A stretch of 20,000 nt of DNA from an uncultured virus (IMG/VR IMGVR_UViG_3300046747_000190) (Duplodnaviria; Heunggongvirae; Uroviricota; Caudoviricetes): IMG/VR virus record IMGVR_UViG_3300046747_000190; one strand, 5' to 3'. The position numbers and the translations under genes were made by a program. Each line of letters begins with the position of its first letter. Position 1 is the stretch's first letter. This document shows positions 8,292-15,170 of the stretch, one piece after another. The notes beneath the pieces are model-generated. The model saw only the letters and a program-made list of their open reading frames with translations. It made no database searches and was not told the DNA's origin.

Positions 8292-8577
8292 GTTCGATCC
8301 TTCGTTGGATGCGGGCTTCTTCCCGGATGCCGTCGACCAACCGGGTGAGCGCGTCCTCGGCCGGGTCGCAGAGCGCCCACACGGCGTCCATCACGCCGGC
8401 TTTCAGAGCGACGAGCCGAGCGCCGTGGATCTGCCGAAGCGCCGCATACGCCTCGTGCATCACCTCTCGAAGTTCGGACGGAAACTGCAGGATGTCGGGT
8501 TTGAGCCCGGACGCCTCGAGAGCCTCGCAAGCCGCGACGTGAAGTTGATGGAGGTGCGCGAGATTGCGATCGATCAC
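8278..8577 (-). CDS. Hypothetical protein (99 aa)
   Basis: GTGA coupling with the upstream ORF; helical composition. Confidence 0.7.
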   Translation of the reverse strand: MIDRNLAHLHQLHVAACEALEASGLKPDILQFPSELREVMHEAYAALRQIHGARLVALKAGVMDAVWALCDPAEDALTRLVDGIREEARIQRRIEHAAE

Positions 8578-8768
8578 GGCCGCCCCCGCAGCGCTCGGGC
8601 CGCCTCGATGCGGGCTTTCATCTGTGCCGAGAAGGCGTCCACGTCGCCCGGGGTCACCCGTTCGAGCGCTCGGCGGATGAGGGGCGAGTATGGACGTCCG
8701 ACGATGAGCAGGGGACGTCGGTCCTCGTGAATGGCGACGTCGTGGGGGATTGCGAGCGGGAGCGTCAT
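8574..8768 (-). CDS. Hypothetical protein (64 aa)
   Basis: ATGA and GTGA coupling on both sides. Confidence 0.65.
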   Translation of the reverse strand: MTLPLAIPHDVAIHEDRRPLLIVGRPYSPLIRRALERVTPGDVDAFSAQMKARIEAARALRGRP

Positions 8769-8860
8769 CGCATCACCTTCGAGACGACTGCGAAGGTCGC
8801 CATGAACACCAAGAGCATCGTGCCAACCTGAAAATCGGTGCTGGCAAAGAACTCGTTCAC
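8765..8860 (-). CDS. Small membrane peptide (31 aa, MNEFFASTDFQVGTMLLVFMATFAVVSKVMR)
   Basis: Translated by hand. RBS GGAGG, coupled at both ends, one hydrophobic segment. Confidence 0.55.
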   Translation of the reverse strand: MNEFFASTDFQVGTMLLVFMATFAVVSKVMR

Positions 8861-9036
8861 GACCCGCCTCCGTCGTCGAATGGATGCCTGCGGACGGTCG
8901 ACGCCACCGGCACGGGAGACGTCGGCGCCCGCCTGACCAGCCGCGCGACCGTGCGGATCGCCAACTCCACGCCGAACACCGGCAGCAAAGCGACGAAAAC
9001 CACCGTGTCGAGCACGACTTCGGTCGAGAGCTTCAT
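8857..9036 (-). CDS. Small membrane protein (59 aa, MKLSTEVVLDTVVFVALLPVFGVELAIR...)
   Basis: Translated by hand. RBS GGAGG, ATGA and GTGA overlaps, N-terminal hydrophobic stretch. Confidence 0.6.
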   Translation of the reverse strand: MKLSTEVVLDTVVFVALLPVFGVELAIRTVARLVRRAPTSPVPVASTVRRHPFDDGGGS

Positions 9037-9203
9037 GAGGCCCTCCGGGCTCTCGCTTCTTCGGCGAGCGCGACGGTGAGCTGATAGCTTTCGAATGAAA
9101 GAACCCCGAAGCTACGGAGCGCTTCTCGATTGCGGGCTCTGAGGTCGAGCGCCAGGCCGTGGCGGGGGCTCGCTGGGAGGATGGTGGTTGGCGTGTCGAG
9201 CAT
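9033..9203 (-). CDS. First gene of the leftward operon (56 aa), probably leaderless
   Basis: ATG 9203 lies 7 nt after the PL -10 box. Its stop overlaps the next ATG. Confidence 0.55.
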   Translation of the reverse strand: MLDTPTTILPASPRHGLALDLRARNREALRSFGVLSFESYQLTVALAEEARARRAS

Positions 9204-9206
9204 ATT

Positions 9207-9259
9207 CAGAAGCTTAAGCACGCTTACGACGCTGGGCAAGACTTTTCTTAAGCCCGCTT
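9207..9259 (-). promoter_or_regulatory. PL-like promoter with operators OL1 and OL2
   Basis: Minus strand TTGCCC (9239-9234), 17 nt spacer, TAAGCT (9216-9211). Palindromes TAAGCACGCTTA (9215-9226) and AAGCCCGCTT (9250-9259). Confidence 0.75.
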
Positions 9260-9270
9260 TCGCTTTTCTC

Positions 9271-9771
9271 CTAACCCTGCGGACCGACTAGCGCTTTCGG
9301 CCTGACCCTGGACCCTAGCTTGCCCTCCCACTTGAGCCAGACGGCTGCTAAGTCATGGCAGACGGCGGGGGTGAGGGACGGCCACGCCTCCGGGATCGAC
9401 GTCCGCGCCAGCGCGGCGACGACCCAAGGCGAGAGCTCGTATTCACGCGCTGCATGCTCAAGCGCCGCCATCGACGTTGGATCGCTGCCGATCGTCCGCA
9501 TTCCCTCATCAGGGGCATGGCCCCCTGTAATTCCCAGTGATAGCCCGCTTCCCAGCTTCGCCGCAATACGTCGACACGTGTCCAGGCTGAGCCGAGTTCG
9601 TCGGCTCAGCAATTGGGACACGGCCGAGCCGCTGATCCCGAGTTCACGGCCAACCGCGGCACCATTGGAGTCCGCTTTCTGGTACCTCTCCTCGAGGAGC
9701 AATCGGAACGGCTCGGCCTCCTCGGCAGTCAGCTGATTCGGATTCCTGGAGCGCTTCCTTCCTGCAGCCAT
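9271..9771 (-). CDS. cI-like XRE helix-turn-helix repressor (166 aa), no recognisable peptidase domain
   Basis: NGAAVGRELGISGSAVSQLLSRRTRLSLDTCRRIA HTH. Divergent from the cro-like gene and flanked by the operators. Confidence 0.85.
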   Translation of the reverse strand: MAAGRKRSRNPNQLTAEEAEPFRLLLEERYQKADSNGAAVGRELGISGSAVSQLLSRRTRLSLDTCRRIAAKLGSGLSLGITGGHAPDEGMRTIGSDPTSMAALEHAAREYELSPWVVAALARTSIPEAWPSLTPAVCHDLAAVWLKWEGKLGSRVRPKALVGPQG

Positions 9772-9791
9772 GCTCGAATCGTGGTCATGAC

Positions 9792-9835
9792 TCAAGTGCG
9801 CTTGACAGCCCTCCGGAAGCGTGCTTAAGCTTCTG
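9792..9835 (+). promoter_or_regulatory. PR-like promoter with operators OR1 and OR2
   Basis: TTGACA (9802-9807), 18 nt spacer, TAAGCT (9826-9831). Palindromes TCAAGTGCGCTTGA (9792-9805) and AAGCGTGCTT (9817-9826). Confidence 0.8.
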
Positions 9836-9839
9836 GAAG

Positions 9840-10154
9840 ATGAGCCGAGAGGAAGTGAAGACGCCCGGGCGGGAACTCCTGAAAGCGTGGGTCTCCGAGA
9901 GGGACCGGGGCTCACAGGCGAAGCTCGCGGAACGCCTTGGGGTCTCCGAGCAGCTGATCAGCCAGTGGCGGTCGGGAGCCTGTCGCCCAGGCTCGATCTA
10001 CCGGGACGCACTCGAGGCGGCGACCGGGATCGAGCCCCACCAATGGGAGACGGACAAGGAGCGCGAGCAGCGGAAGCGAGCGCTCACCGGCCCTGCTCCC
10101 GTGGCGGCTACGGACGAATCCGAGCACCGAGAGCCCAAGCAGGGGGCGGCATGA
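9840..10154 (+). CDS. Cro-like XRE HTH regulator
   Basis: SQAKLAERLGVSEQLISQWRSGACRP HTH. First gene after PR. Confidence 0.88.
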   Translation: MSREEVKTPGRELLKAWVSERDRGSQAKLAERLGVSEQLISQWRSGACRPGSIYRDALEAATGIEPHQWETDKEREQRKRALTGPAPVAATDESEHREPKQGAA

Positions 10155-10159
10155 GGCCC

Positions 10160-10645
10160 CTACGGATTCGTCCACTCGTTCGGCACCCAGCCGCTCGCGC
10201 CGGCGTGCGGTCCGTCGAGGACTCGGACCTTCGTGACCATCAGTCTGGTCTCCAGTCGAGTGCAACGGGCGCCCGCATCGAGCCCGATCGCGCCGTTGGC
10301 GTTGTAGGCAACGACCGACGCGGCGTTGTCGTCCTTGACCATGGCGGTCGTCCACTCGTCGAGGCCGGCTTCGGTAGGGAACAGGGGCAGGACGTCGGCG
10401 CCGGGGGCTCGGAGGACACACTTCAGCGTCGGAGCAGCCAGAGGAGCGGACACCGCGGGGAGCGGGCTGGCGACCGGTACGACGGCGACGGTGGCGGCAA
10501 TCTTCGGAGCGGGCGACGCGGGAGCGGAAGAGCTGGCTCGTGCAGCGGGTCTCGGACTGACGAGCGCGACGACGACCAGCACGGCGAAGAGTCCGAGGAG
10601 CGTCGCGACGGCGTAGAGCACGAGCTTCAGGAGCCGCTTGGCCAT
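10160..10645 (-). CDS. Membrane-anchored exported protein (161 aa), moron-like, antisense to the rightward operon
   Basis: Basic N-terminus and TM helix (MAKRLLKLVLYAVATLLGLFAVLVVVALV), A/P/S linker, then a beta-rich domain ending VRVLDGPHAGASGWVP. Confidence 0.8.
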   Translation of the reverse strand: MAKRLLKLVLYAVATLLGLFAVLVVVALVSPRPAARASSSAPASPAPKIAATVAVVPVASPLPAVSAPLAAPTLKCVLRAPGADVLPLFPTEAGLDEWTTAMVKDDNAASVVAYNANGAIGLDAGARCTRLETRLMVTKVRVLDGPHAGASGWVPNEWTNP

Positions 10646-10765
10646 CTGATCGACAGACGCTATCAGGCCGGCGAGCCACGGAGAACTGCGCGGGCGTTCT
10701 GTCGAGGGAATCGGCTGGCGAGGGCAGGACTGACGTGACTGCTGCCCCGTCCAACGGACTGACCC

Positions 10766-11281
10766 ATGGGTGATCTCTTCTGGTTCCGTCTGGAACTCGA
10801 TGGCTCGGCCAAGGTCATCTCGTGCGTGAAGGTGATCGCCGCCGGCACCTCCGAGGGAGGCGTGTTCTACGTTCCCGCGCGCAATGCGGAGAGCGCCGCA
10901 AAGCTCGCCTACAACGCCCACAACGCCGCGCTCCTCCGAGCTCGTCGCGCGCAGTACGCCAAGGAGGGCCGCTGTCGCTGCGGACGTCCGCAGCCCGAGC
11001 GCGCCGCGAATGACCCGCGCCTCGGAGAGAAGCGCTGCGACGTGTGTCTCAAGAAGCAATCCGAGCACAACAAGCGCCGCGCGCTCCGGGAGAAAGGCGT
11101 CGACATCCCCAAGCCGGACCGACGCACCGCGATCGCGGCTAGAAGGGTGGAAGAGGCGGACATCCTGCGTCTCTCCGTTCTCAAAGAGGTCGATGAGGTC
11201 TGGCGCGCGAAGGGCGCTGTCGGGCTTCGGATCTGGCTTCGCAAGGAGCTCGCGCGTCTCTCGAAGGGTCGGGCAGCATGA
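10766..11281 (+). CDS. Hypothetical basic Zn-finger protein (171 aa)
   Basis: GRCRCGR...RCDVCL motifs. Stop overlaps the next ATG. Confidence 0.75.
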   Translation: MGDLFWFRLELDGSAKVISCVKVIAAGTSEGGVFYVPARNAESAAKLAYNAHNAALLRARRAQYAKEGRCRCGRPQPERAANDPRLGEKRCDVCLKKQSEHNKRRALREKGVDIPKPDRRTAIAARRVEEADILRLSVLKEVDEVWRAKGAVGLRIWLRKELARLSKGRAA

Positions 11282-11472
11282 GGTTCTTCCTCTTCGGGTT
11301 CATTCCGATGGCCATCGTCACAGCGATCGTGACGCTTGGGCTCATCGTCGAGCGTGACTGGCAAGCTGGCGGCTACGACGGCATCGCGCTCGCTTGCTGG
11401 TACGTCGTCCCGGCCGCAGTCGTGGGCGCAGCGGTGAGCATGGGCGTGCTCGCATGGAGGCGCTGCCGATGA
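11278..11472 (+). CDS. Small two-TM membrane protein (64 aa)
   Basis: Two hydrophobic helices and a basic C-terminus WRRCR. ATGA overlaps on both sides. Confidence 0.75.
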   Translation: MRFFLFGFIPMAIVTAIVTLGLIVERDWQAGGYDGIALACWYVVPAAVVGAAVSMGVLAWRRCR

Positions 11473-11984
11473 CCATTCCGCCGCCAATTGTCCTCGCGAT
11501 CTTGCTCTCCAGGCCCCCCTATTACGGCGACCGCAACGAACTCGCAGCGGAACGCGAGTCACGACTTGCCATCGTCGCCGAGGCCATATCGCTCGCCGCG
11601 CGGAGCCGCTCAGAGGTGGCCATCCTAGTTGCGCTGGGCGAACATGAAACGGGATTCGGAGCGCTCGTGCAGCTCGGCCGGTGTGACGAGATGCCGAGCG
11701 GCCAGCGGTGCGACGGCGGGAAAGCGCGAGGCCCATGGCAGTTGCACATCGAAGCCTGTAGAGCAGCGTTTGCTCTTCCAGAGGGCAGCTCCGACTCGAT
11801 TCGCACTGAGGCTCAATGCGCGATTTCTCTCTTGCGCTGGAACGCTGAGCGCGGGAAGTCGCATACTCTGACTCCGCAACGCGCTGCGTTTTGCGGGTAC
11901 GCAGGGAAGCCGTGGTCGTGGGTGGGGGCGGAGGTTAGGGAGCGGACTGCGAAGCGCATCCTGGCGAGTTGGGGGCGTCCATGA
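11469..11984 (+). CDS. Lysozyme-like / lytic transglycosylase-like protein (171 aa)
   Basis: LVALGEHETGF (catalytic E-T) ... KARGPWQL (GxxQ) ... AFCGYA resemble SLT motifs I-III. ATG 11469 is coupled. Confidence 0.6.
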   Translation: MTIPPPIVLAILLSRPPYYGDRNELAAERESRLAIVAEAISLAARSRSEVAILVALGEHETGFGALVQLGRCDEMPSGQRCDGGKARGPWQLHIEACRAAFALPEGSSDSIRTEAQCAISLLRWNAERGKSHTLTPQRAAFCGYAGKPWSWVGAEVRERTAKRILASWGRP

Positions 11985-12250
11985 AGCTCCCTGCATTCAT
12001 CGGGAACATTCAAATCCGCACCCTCATCGTGCCGTTCTGGATGGTCAACGCTTTCTATTGGGGCCTCATGTTGGGCAGATGTACCGGAGCGGACGAGGAG
12101 CGGGCGCGCCATCAGTGCCACTCAACCGATACACGGCCATGCGCGTTCGGTCCTGGGATAGTCGGACGACAGGAATGCAGCTGGTTCGACGAGTGGCGCC
12201 GGTGCGAACCCGATCCGAAATACCGCGTGCCGGCGGAGGCCAGCCCATGA
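11981..12250 (+). CDS. Membrane-anchored Cys-rich small protein (89 aa)
   Basis: Hydrophobic segment followed by CHSTDTRPCAFGPGIVGRQECSWFDEWRRC. ATGA-coupled. Confidence 0.7.
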   Translation: MKLPAFIGNIQIRTLIVPFWMVNAFYWGLMLGRCTGADEERARHQCHSTDTRPCAFGPGIVGRQECSWFDEWRRCEPDPKYRVPAEASP

Positions 12251-12378
12251 TGCGCCCCGTCCGCTTCCGCCTGTGGGCCCTCGCATTCGACGCCTGCAGC
12301 GTGTTCGGCCTTCCCTTCCCGTGGGCCCTTCGGTGCGTGCGCGGGATGTCGGACGCCACAGACTGGAGGGACGCGTGA
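12247..12378 (+). CDS. Small hypothetical protein (43 aa)
   Basis: RBS GGAGG, ATGA overlap upstream and GTGATG overlap downstream. Confidence 0.55.
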   Translation: MMRPVRFRLWALAFDACSVFGLPFPWALRCVRGMSDATDWRDA

Positions 12379-12557
12379 TGTACCGCGTCGAACTCCTCCA
12401 GCCAGGCTACCCCGACGCCATCATCCTCCGCTTCGAGGCGGCGGACCCGGATGCCGCTCAACGGATTGCGAGTGACGTCGTGCCGAAGGCGCACCGGGGG
12501 CGGTGTCGCGTTGTCGCGGATGAGACGAACGGAAGCAACCGAAAGGCCGCACAATGA
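12378..12557 (+). CDS. Small hypothetical protein (59 aa)
   Basis: RBS GGAGG at 12365-12369; coupled at both ends. Confidence 0.65.
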   Translation: MYRVELLQPGYPDAIILRFEAADPDAAQRIASDVVPKAHRGRCRVVADETNGSNRKAAQ

Positions 12558-12850
12558 ATCGCGAAGACTACCTGCGCAAGATGGCCGAACTCAGCATCGA
12601 CGCCACGCCGGACGAGCTCCGGGTGCTCGTCGCTCTTGCGGAACGGCTCAAAGCCGGACGCGTCGCTTACGGGCCACTCGTCGTCGCGACGGACCGCCGC
12701 GATTGGGATCGGGAGATGCGTGACGAGCTCCTCGACGCCATCGTCTACGGCACGATCGGGGAGATGGCGACGGCCGCCCAGCAGAGGGCCCACGCGGAAA
12801 CACTCCCGCCCCCTCGCGCCGAAGCCATCACCATCCCGGAGGTCGCATGA
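12554..12850 (+). CDS. Hypothetical protein, possible MazG-like nucleotide pyrophosphohydrolase fold
   Basis: RLKAGRVAYG...DWDREMRDELLDAIVY resembles the phage G..KYG...W....EE..DA..Y pattern. Confidence 0.6.
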   Translation: MNREDYLRKMAELSIDATPDELRVLVALAERLKAGRVAYGPLVVATDRRDWDREMRDELLDAIVYGTIGEMATAAQQRAHAETLPPPRAEAITIPEVA

Positions 12851-12963
12851 AGACCGCCGCCAAATGGATCGCCATCGCCATCGGCGCGGGCATCGCGCTC
12901 GCCGCCATTGCACGCGGGCTGCTCGAGATGGCGTTTGATCATGAGATTCGAGGTGGCTGGTGA
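12847..12963 (+). CDS. Small membrane peptide (38 aa, MKTAAKWIAIAIGAGIALAAIARGLLEMAFDHEIRGGW)
   Basis: Translated by hand. RBS GGAGG, ATGA and GTGA overlaps, single TM segment. Confidence 0.6.
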   Translation: MKTAAKWIAIAIGAGIALAAIARGLLEMAFDHEIRGGW

Positions 12964-13553
12964 ACCCGTTTTCGGTGCTGGTGGCTGATCCCCCGTGGAG
13001 CTTTTCCGATCGCCTCCCGGGCAAGACGCGCGGCGCGGCGAAGAATTATGCGACCCTCTCGCTCGCAGAGATCGAAGGCTTCGCGCTGCCGCCGATCGCC
13101 GACGACGCGCTGCTTTTCCTCTGGCGCGTCTCTGCAATGGTGCCCGAGGCCTACGCAATAGCGAAGGCGTGGGGGTTCACGCCGAAGGCGGAGATCGTCT
13201 GGATCAAGACCGAGAAGAGCGGCGTCCGACATTTTGGCATGGGTAGAACCGTTCGCAATTCCCATGAGACGTGCATCATCGCGCGCCGCGGGAAGTCGAT
13301 CGTTCGTAGCCACTCGGTCAAGTCGGTCTTCGAGGCGCCGATCCGCGGCCATTCGGAGAAACCAGAGGCCTTCTATTGCCTGGTCGAAAAGCTCGCGCCA
13401 GGGCCGTATGTTGAGATGTTTGCGCGCCGCGAACGCAGGGGATGGACGTGCATGGGGGACGAGATCGAACCCAGCGATTGCGTGCCTCCGCTCATCGATC
13501 CCGCGTCGCCTGACGGTCCGCTGCCTGGCTGGCGAGCAGAAGAGGCACGGTGA
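12960..13553 (+). CDS. MT-A70 family adenine methyltransferase
   Basis: VADPPW, ALLFLW, AWGF, WIK, GMG..VR..HE, HSEKPE, EMFAR..R.GW..GDE motifs. Confidence 0.93.
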   Translation: MNPFSVLVADPPWSFSDRLPGKTRGAAKNYATLSLAEIEGFALPPIADDALLFLWRVSAMVPEAYAIAKAWGFTPKAEIVWIKTEKSGVRHFGMGRTVRNSHETCIIARRGKSIVRSHSVKSVFEAPIRGHSEKPEAFYCLVEKLAPGPYVEMFARRERRGWTCMGDEIEPSDCVPPLIDPASPDGPLPGWRAEEAR

Positions 13554-13556
13554 CGA

Positions 13557-13850
13557 ATGTCTCAGCCGCCCGCGCTCGTCACCCGTCTGGCTCCGGAGGA
13601 TCGAGATCCGAACGGAAGCGTTCGGGTCCGATTCTGCGCGAGCTGCTTCATGTTCCATCCGATTCGGTGCTTTCACCGCGATCGGTCGCAGCGCGGCGGC
13701 TACCGATACACCTGCAAAATGTACCGCAGCGAAACACGGCGCTCGCTTGCCAAACCGTGCGAACGGTGCGGCGGCAAGCGCGGGCGCTGGCACCGATGTT
13801 CGCCGTCTGCTGGCTCGGACTCTTCGCCGCCCGACGACACCTCGCCCTAG
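13557..13850 (+). CDS. Zn-finger protein (97 aa)
   Basis: CASC....P...FHRD....GGY...CK pattern resembles the N-terminal fingers of phage HNH/EndoVII nucleases, plus a CERC motif. No nuclease domain follows. Confidence 0.6.
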   Translation: MSQPPALVTRLAPEDRDPNGSVRVRFCASCFMFHPIRCFHRDRSQRGGYRYTCKMYRSETRRSLAKPCERCGGKRGRWHRCSPSAGSDSSPPDDTSP

Positions 13851-13908
13851 CCCGCGCCGCCCTCAAGATTCACGTCTGATCGAAACCGAGACCCAGGAGG
13901 ACACGAGA

Positions 13909-14613
13909 ATGAACAGCACGGCAAATGGAGTGGCCATCAGCGGCCCAGAGTTACGAGCCCTTTTGAAGTTTGCATCGAAGGAAGAGGCCGATCGAGACAA
14001 GTATGGAGTTCAGGTCGTCATCAAAGGCGAGAAGGTCTGGGCGCGCGCGACGAACGGGCAAGTCTCGCTCGAGCTGAACGGCATCTCCGACACGCGGCAC
14101 GCGGACGGCGAGTGGTTCGTCCACCGCGACTTCCTGGTTCGGGGCGGCAAGCTCATCACCGGCGAAAAAGCGGTCCTCCGATTGGAGTTCTCTGGCTCAA
14201 GCCTGAACCGCGCGCTCGTCGAGCAGAACGACGTGGAGATCGCGTCCATGGAGGTGCCGGCCGACGCGGCCGTCGCGCAGGTCTCGTTCCCTGCGGTCGA
14301 CAAGCAGGTGAAGCTGCCGGCGCGCAGTCGCACGGTCGCGCATTGCTCGGCGCTTGCCGGCGCGCATGCCGCGCTCCTCGAACTCGTACAGGATGCGTGC
14401 GGGGTCGAGCACTGCGACCTCTATCCGCCGAAGGATCCAGACGCCCACTGGGTCTTCGTGTGCGCCGATCAGGGCGCGACGACCGCGCAAGGGACGCTCC
14501 GTCCGATGATCTCGATGGCCGCTACGGCCGGCGACGGTCACGAGGAAGATGACGCTCCCAAGGGCAAGCGCGGACGAAAAAACAGCGACGCCCAGCAGGA
14601 GATCGCACACTGA
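13909..14613 (+). CDS. Partial DNA polymerase III beta-clamp-like protein (234 aa)
   Basis: Strong RBS AGGAGG (13895-13900). FASKEEADRDKYGV...ARATNGQV and SFPAVDKQV resemble the beta-clamp R..L.GV, ATDGHRL and FPDY.RV motifs. Confidence 0.55.
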   Translation: MNSTANGVAISGPELRALLKFASKEEADRDKYGVQVVIKGEKVWARATNGQVSLELNGISDTRHADGEWFVHRDFLVRGGKLITGEKAVLRLEFSGSSLNRALVEQNDVEIASMEVPADAAVAQVSFPAVDKQVKLPARSRTVAHCSALAGAHAALLELVQDACGVEHCDLYPPKDPDAHWVFVCADQGATTAQGTLRPMISMAATAGDGHEEDDAPKGKRGRKNSDAQQEIAH

Positions 14614-15170
14614 TGACCGAACCGCTCCGCCTCGTCCTCTACCGCGAGCCGAAGCGTCGGAGCGTGGGCCCCATGCCGTTCTCCGTGCCATCCGCGATCA
14701 AGCGGGCGGACGAGATCCTAGCGGGCCCGTGCGCCGGCCATTTGCCGCGCGTGGCTGGTCGAGGCGAGCGGATCGCGCGCTTCGTTTTGCCTCTCGAGCT
14801 CCTGCCGACCACGAACAGGACGCGCGGAGCCCAGCCGTGGGTGCTCGGCGCGTTGAAAGAGAAAGTGTTCAAACTCATGTGGCTCCAACATCCCAGCATT
14901 CGAGCTACGCCGCTCCCGGGACGGCCGCAAATCCGCGCCGTCCGGTTCTCGACGAGCGAGCCCGATGCGCTCGCCGACTGGCCGAAGATCGCCATTGATT
15001 GCCTGGCGGTGCCGCGCCCACCGAAGAAGCTCGGCGGCAGGTCCAAGAAGGGGCTCGGGCTCATCAGGGACGATGCGCCGAGGTTCGTCGACATCGCCCA
15101 GCCATGGTGGGAGCGGGCTCGGCAGCGCGAGGGCCTGGCGTTGATTGAAGTGTGGAGTGGGACGCCATGA
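14613..15170 (+). CDS. RusA-like Holliday junction resolvase
   Basis: LPTTN...EPDALADWPKIAIDCL...GLIRDD...IEV matches the RusA D.D/N..K...D.L...DD pattern. Confidence 0.7.
   Translation: MTEPLRLVLYREPKRRSVGPMPFSVPSAIKRADEILAGPCAGHLPRVAGRGERIARFVLPLELLPTTNRTRGAQPWVLGALKEKVFKLMWLQHPSIRATPLPGRPQIRAVRFSTSEPDALADWPKIAIDCLAVPRPPKKLGGRSKKGLGLIRDDAPRFVDIAQPWWERARQREGLALIEVWSGTP

Noticed and set aside
7871..8530. Long N-terminal extension of the exonuclease given by the ORF track
   Set aside because: The region is better tiled by coupled small ORFs with RBSs. The same applies to the track extensions of the ORFs at 13234, 15436, 17039 and 11068
9207..9835. 19-bp inverted repeats as transposon ends or an invertible segment
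   Set aside because: No transposase or invertase is present, and the repeats coincide with -10 boxes and operators, which explains them
10151..10738. Plus-strand ORF starting at the ATG that overlaps the cro stop
   Set aside because: Fully antisense to a convincing membrane-protein gene and low in complexity. It may be a relic start, but a product is unsupported
13550..13879. GTGA-coupled 109-aa ORF after the MT-A70 gene
   Set aside because: The competing frame 13557-13850 has a recognisable Zn-finger pattern, while this frame has none; not fully excluded
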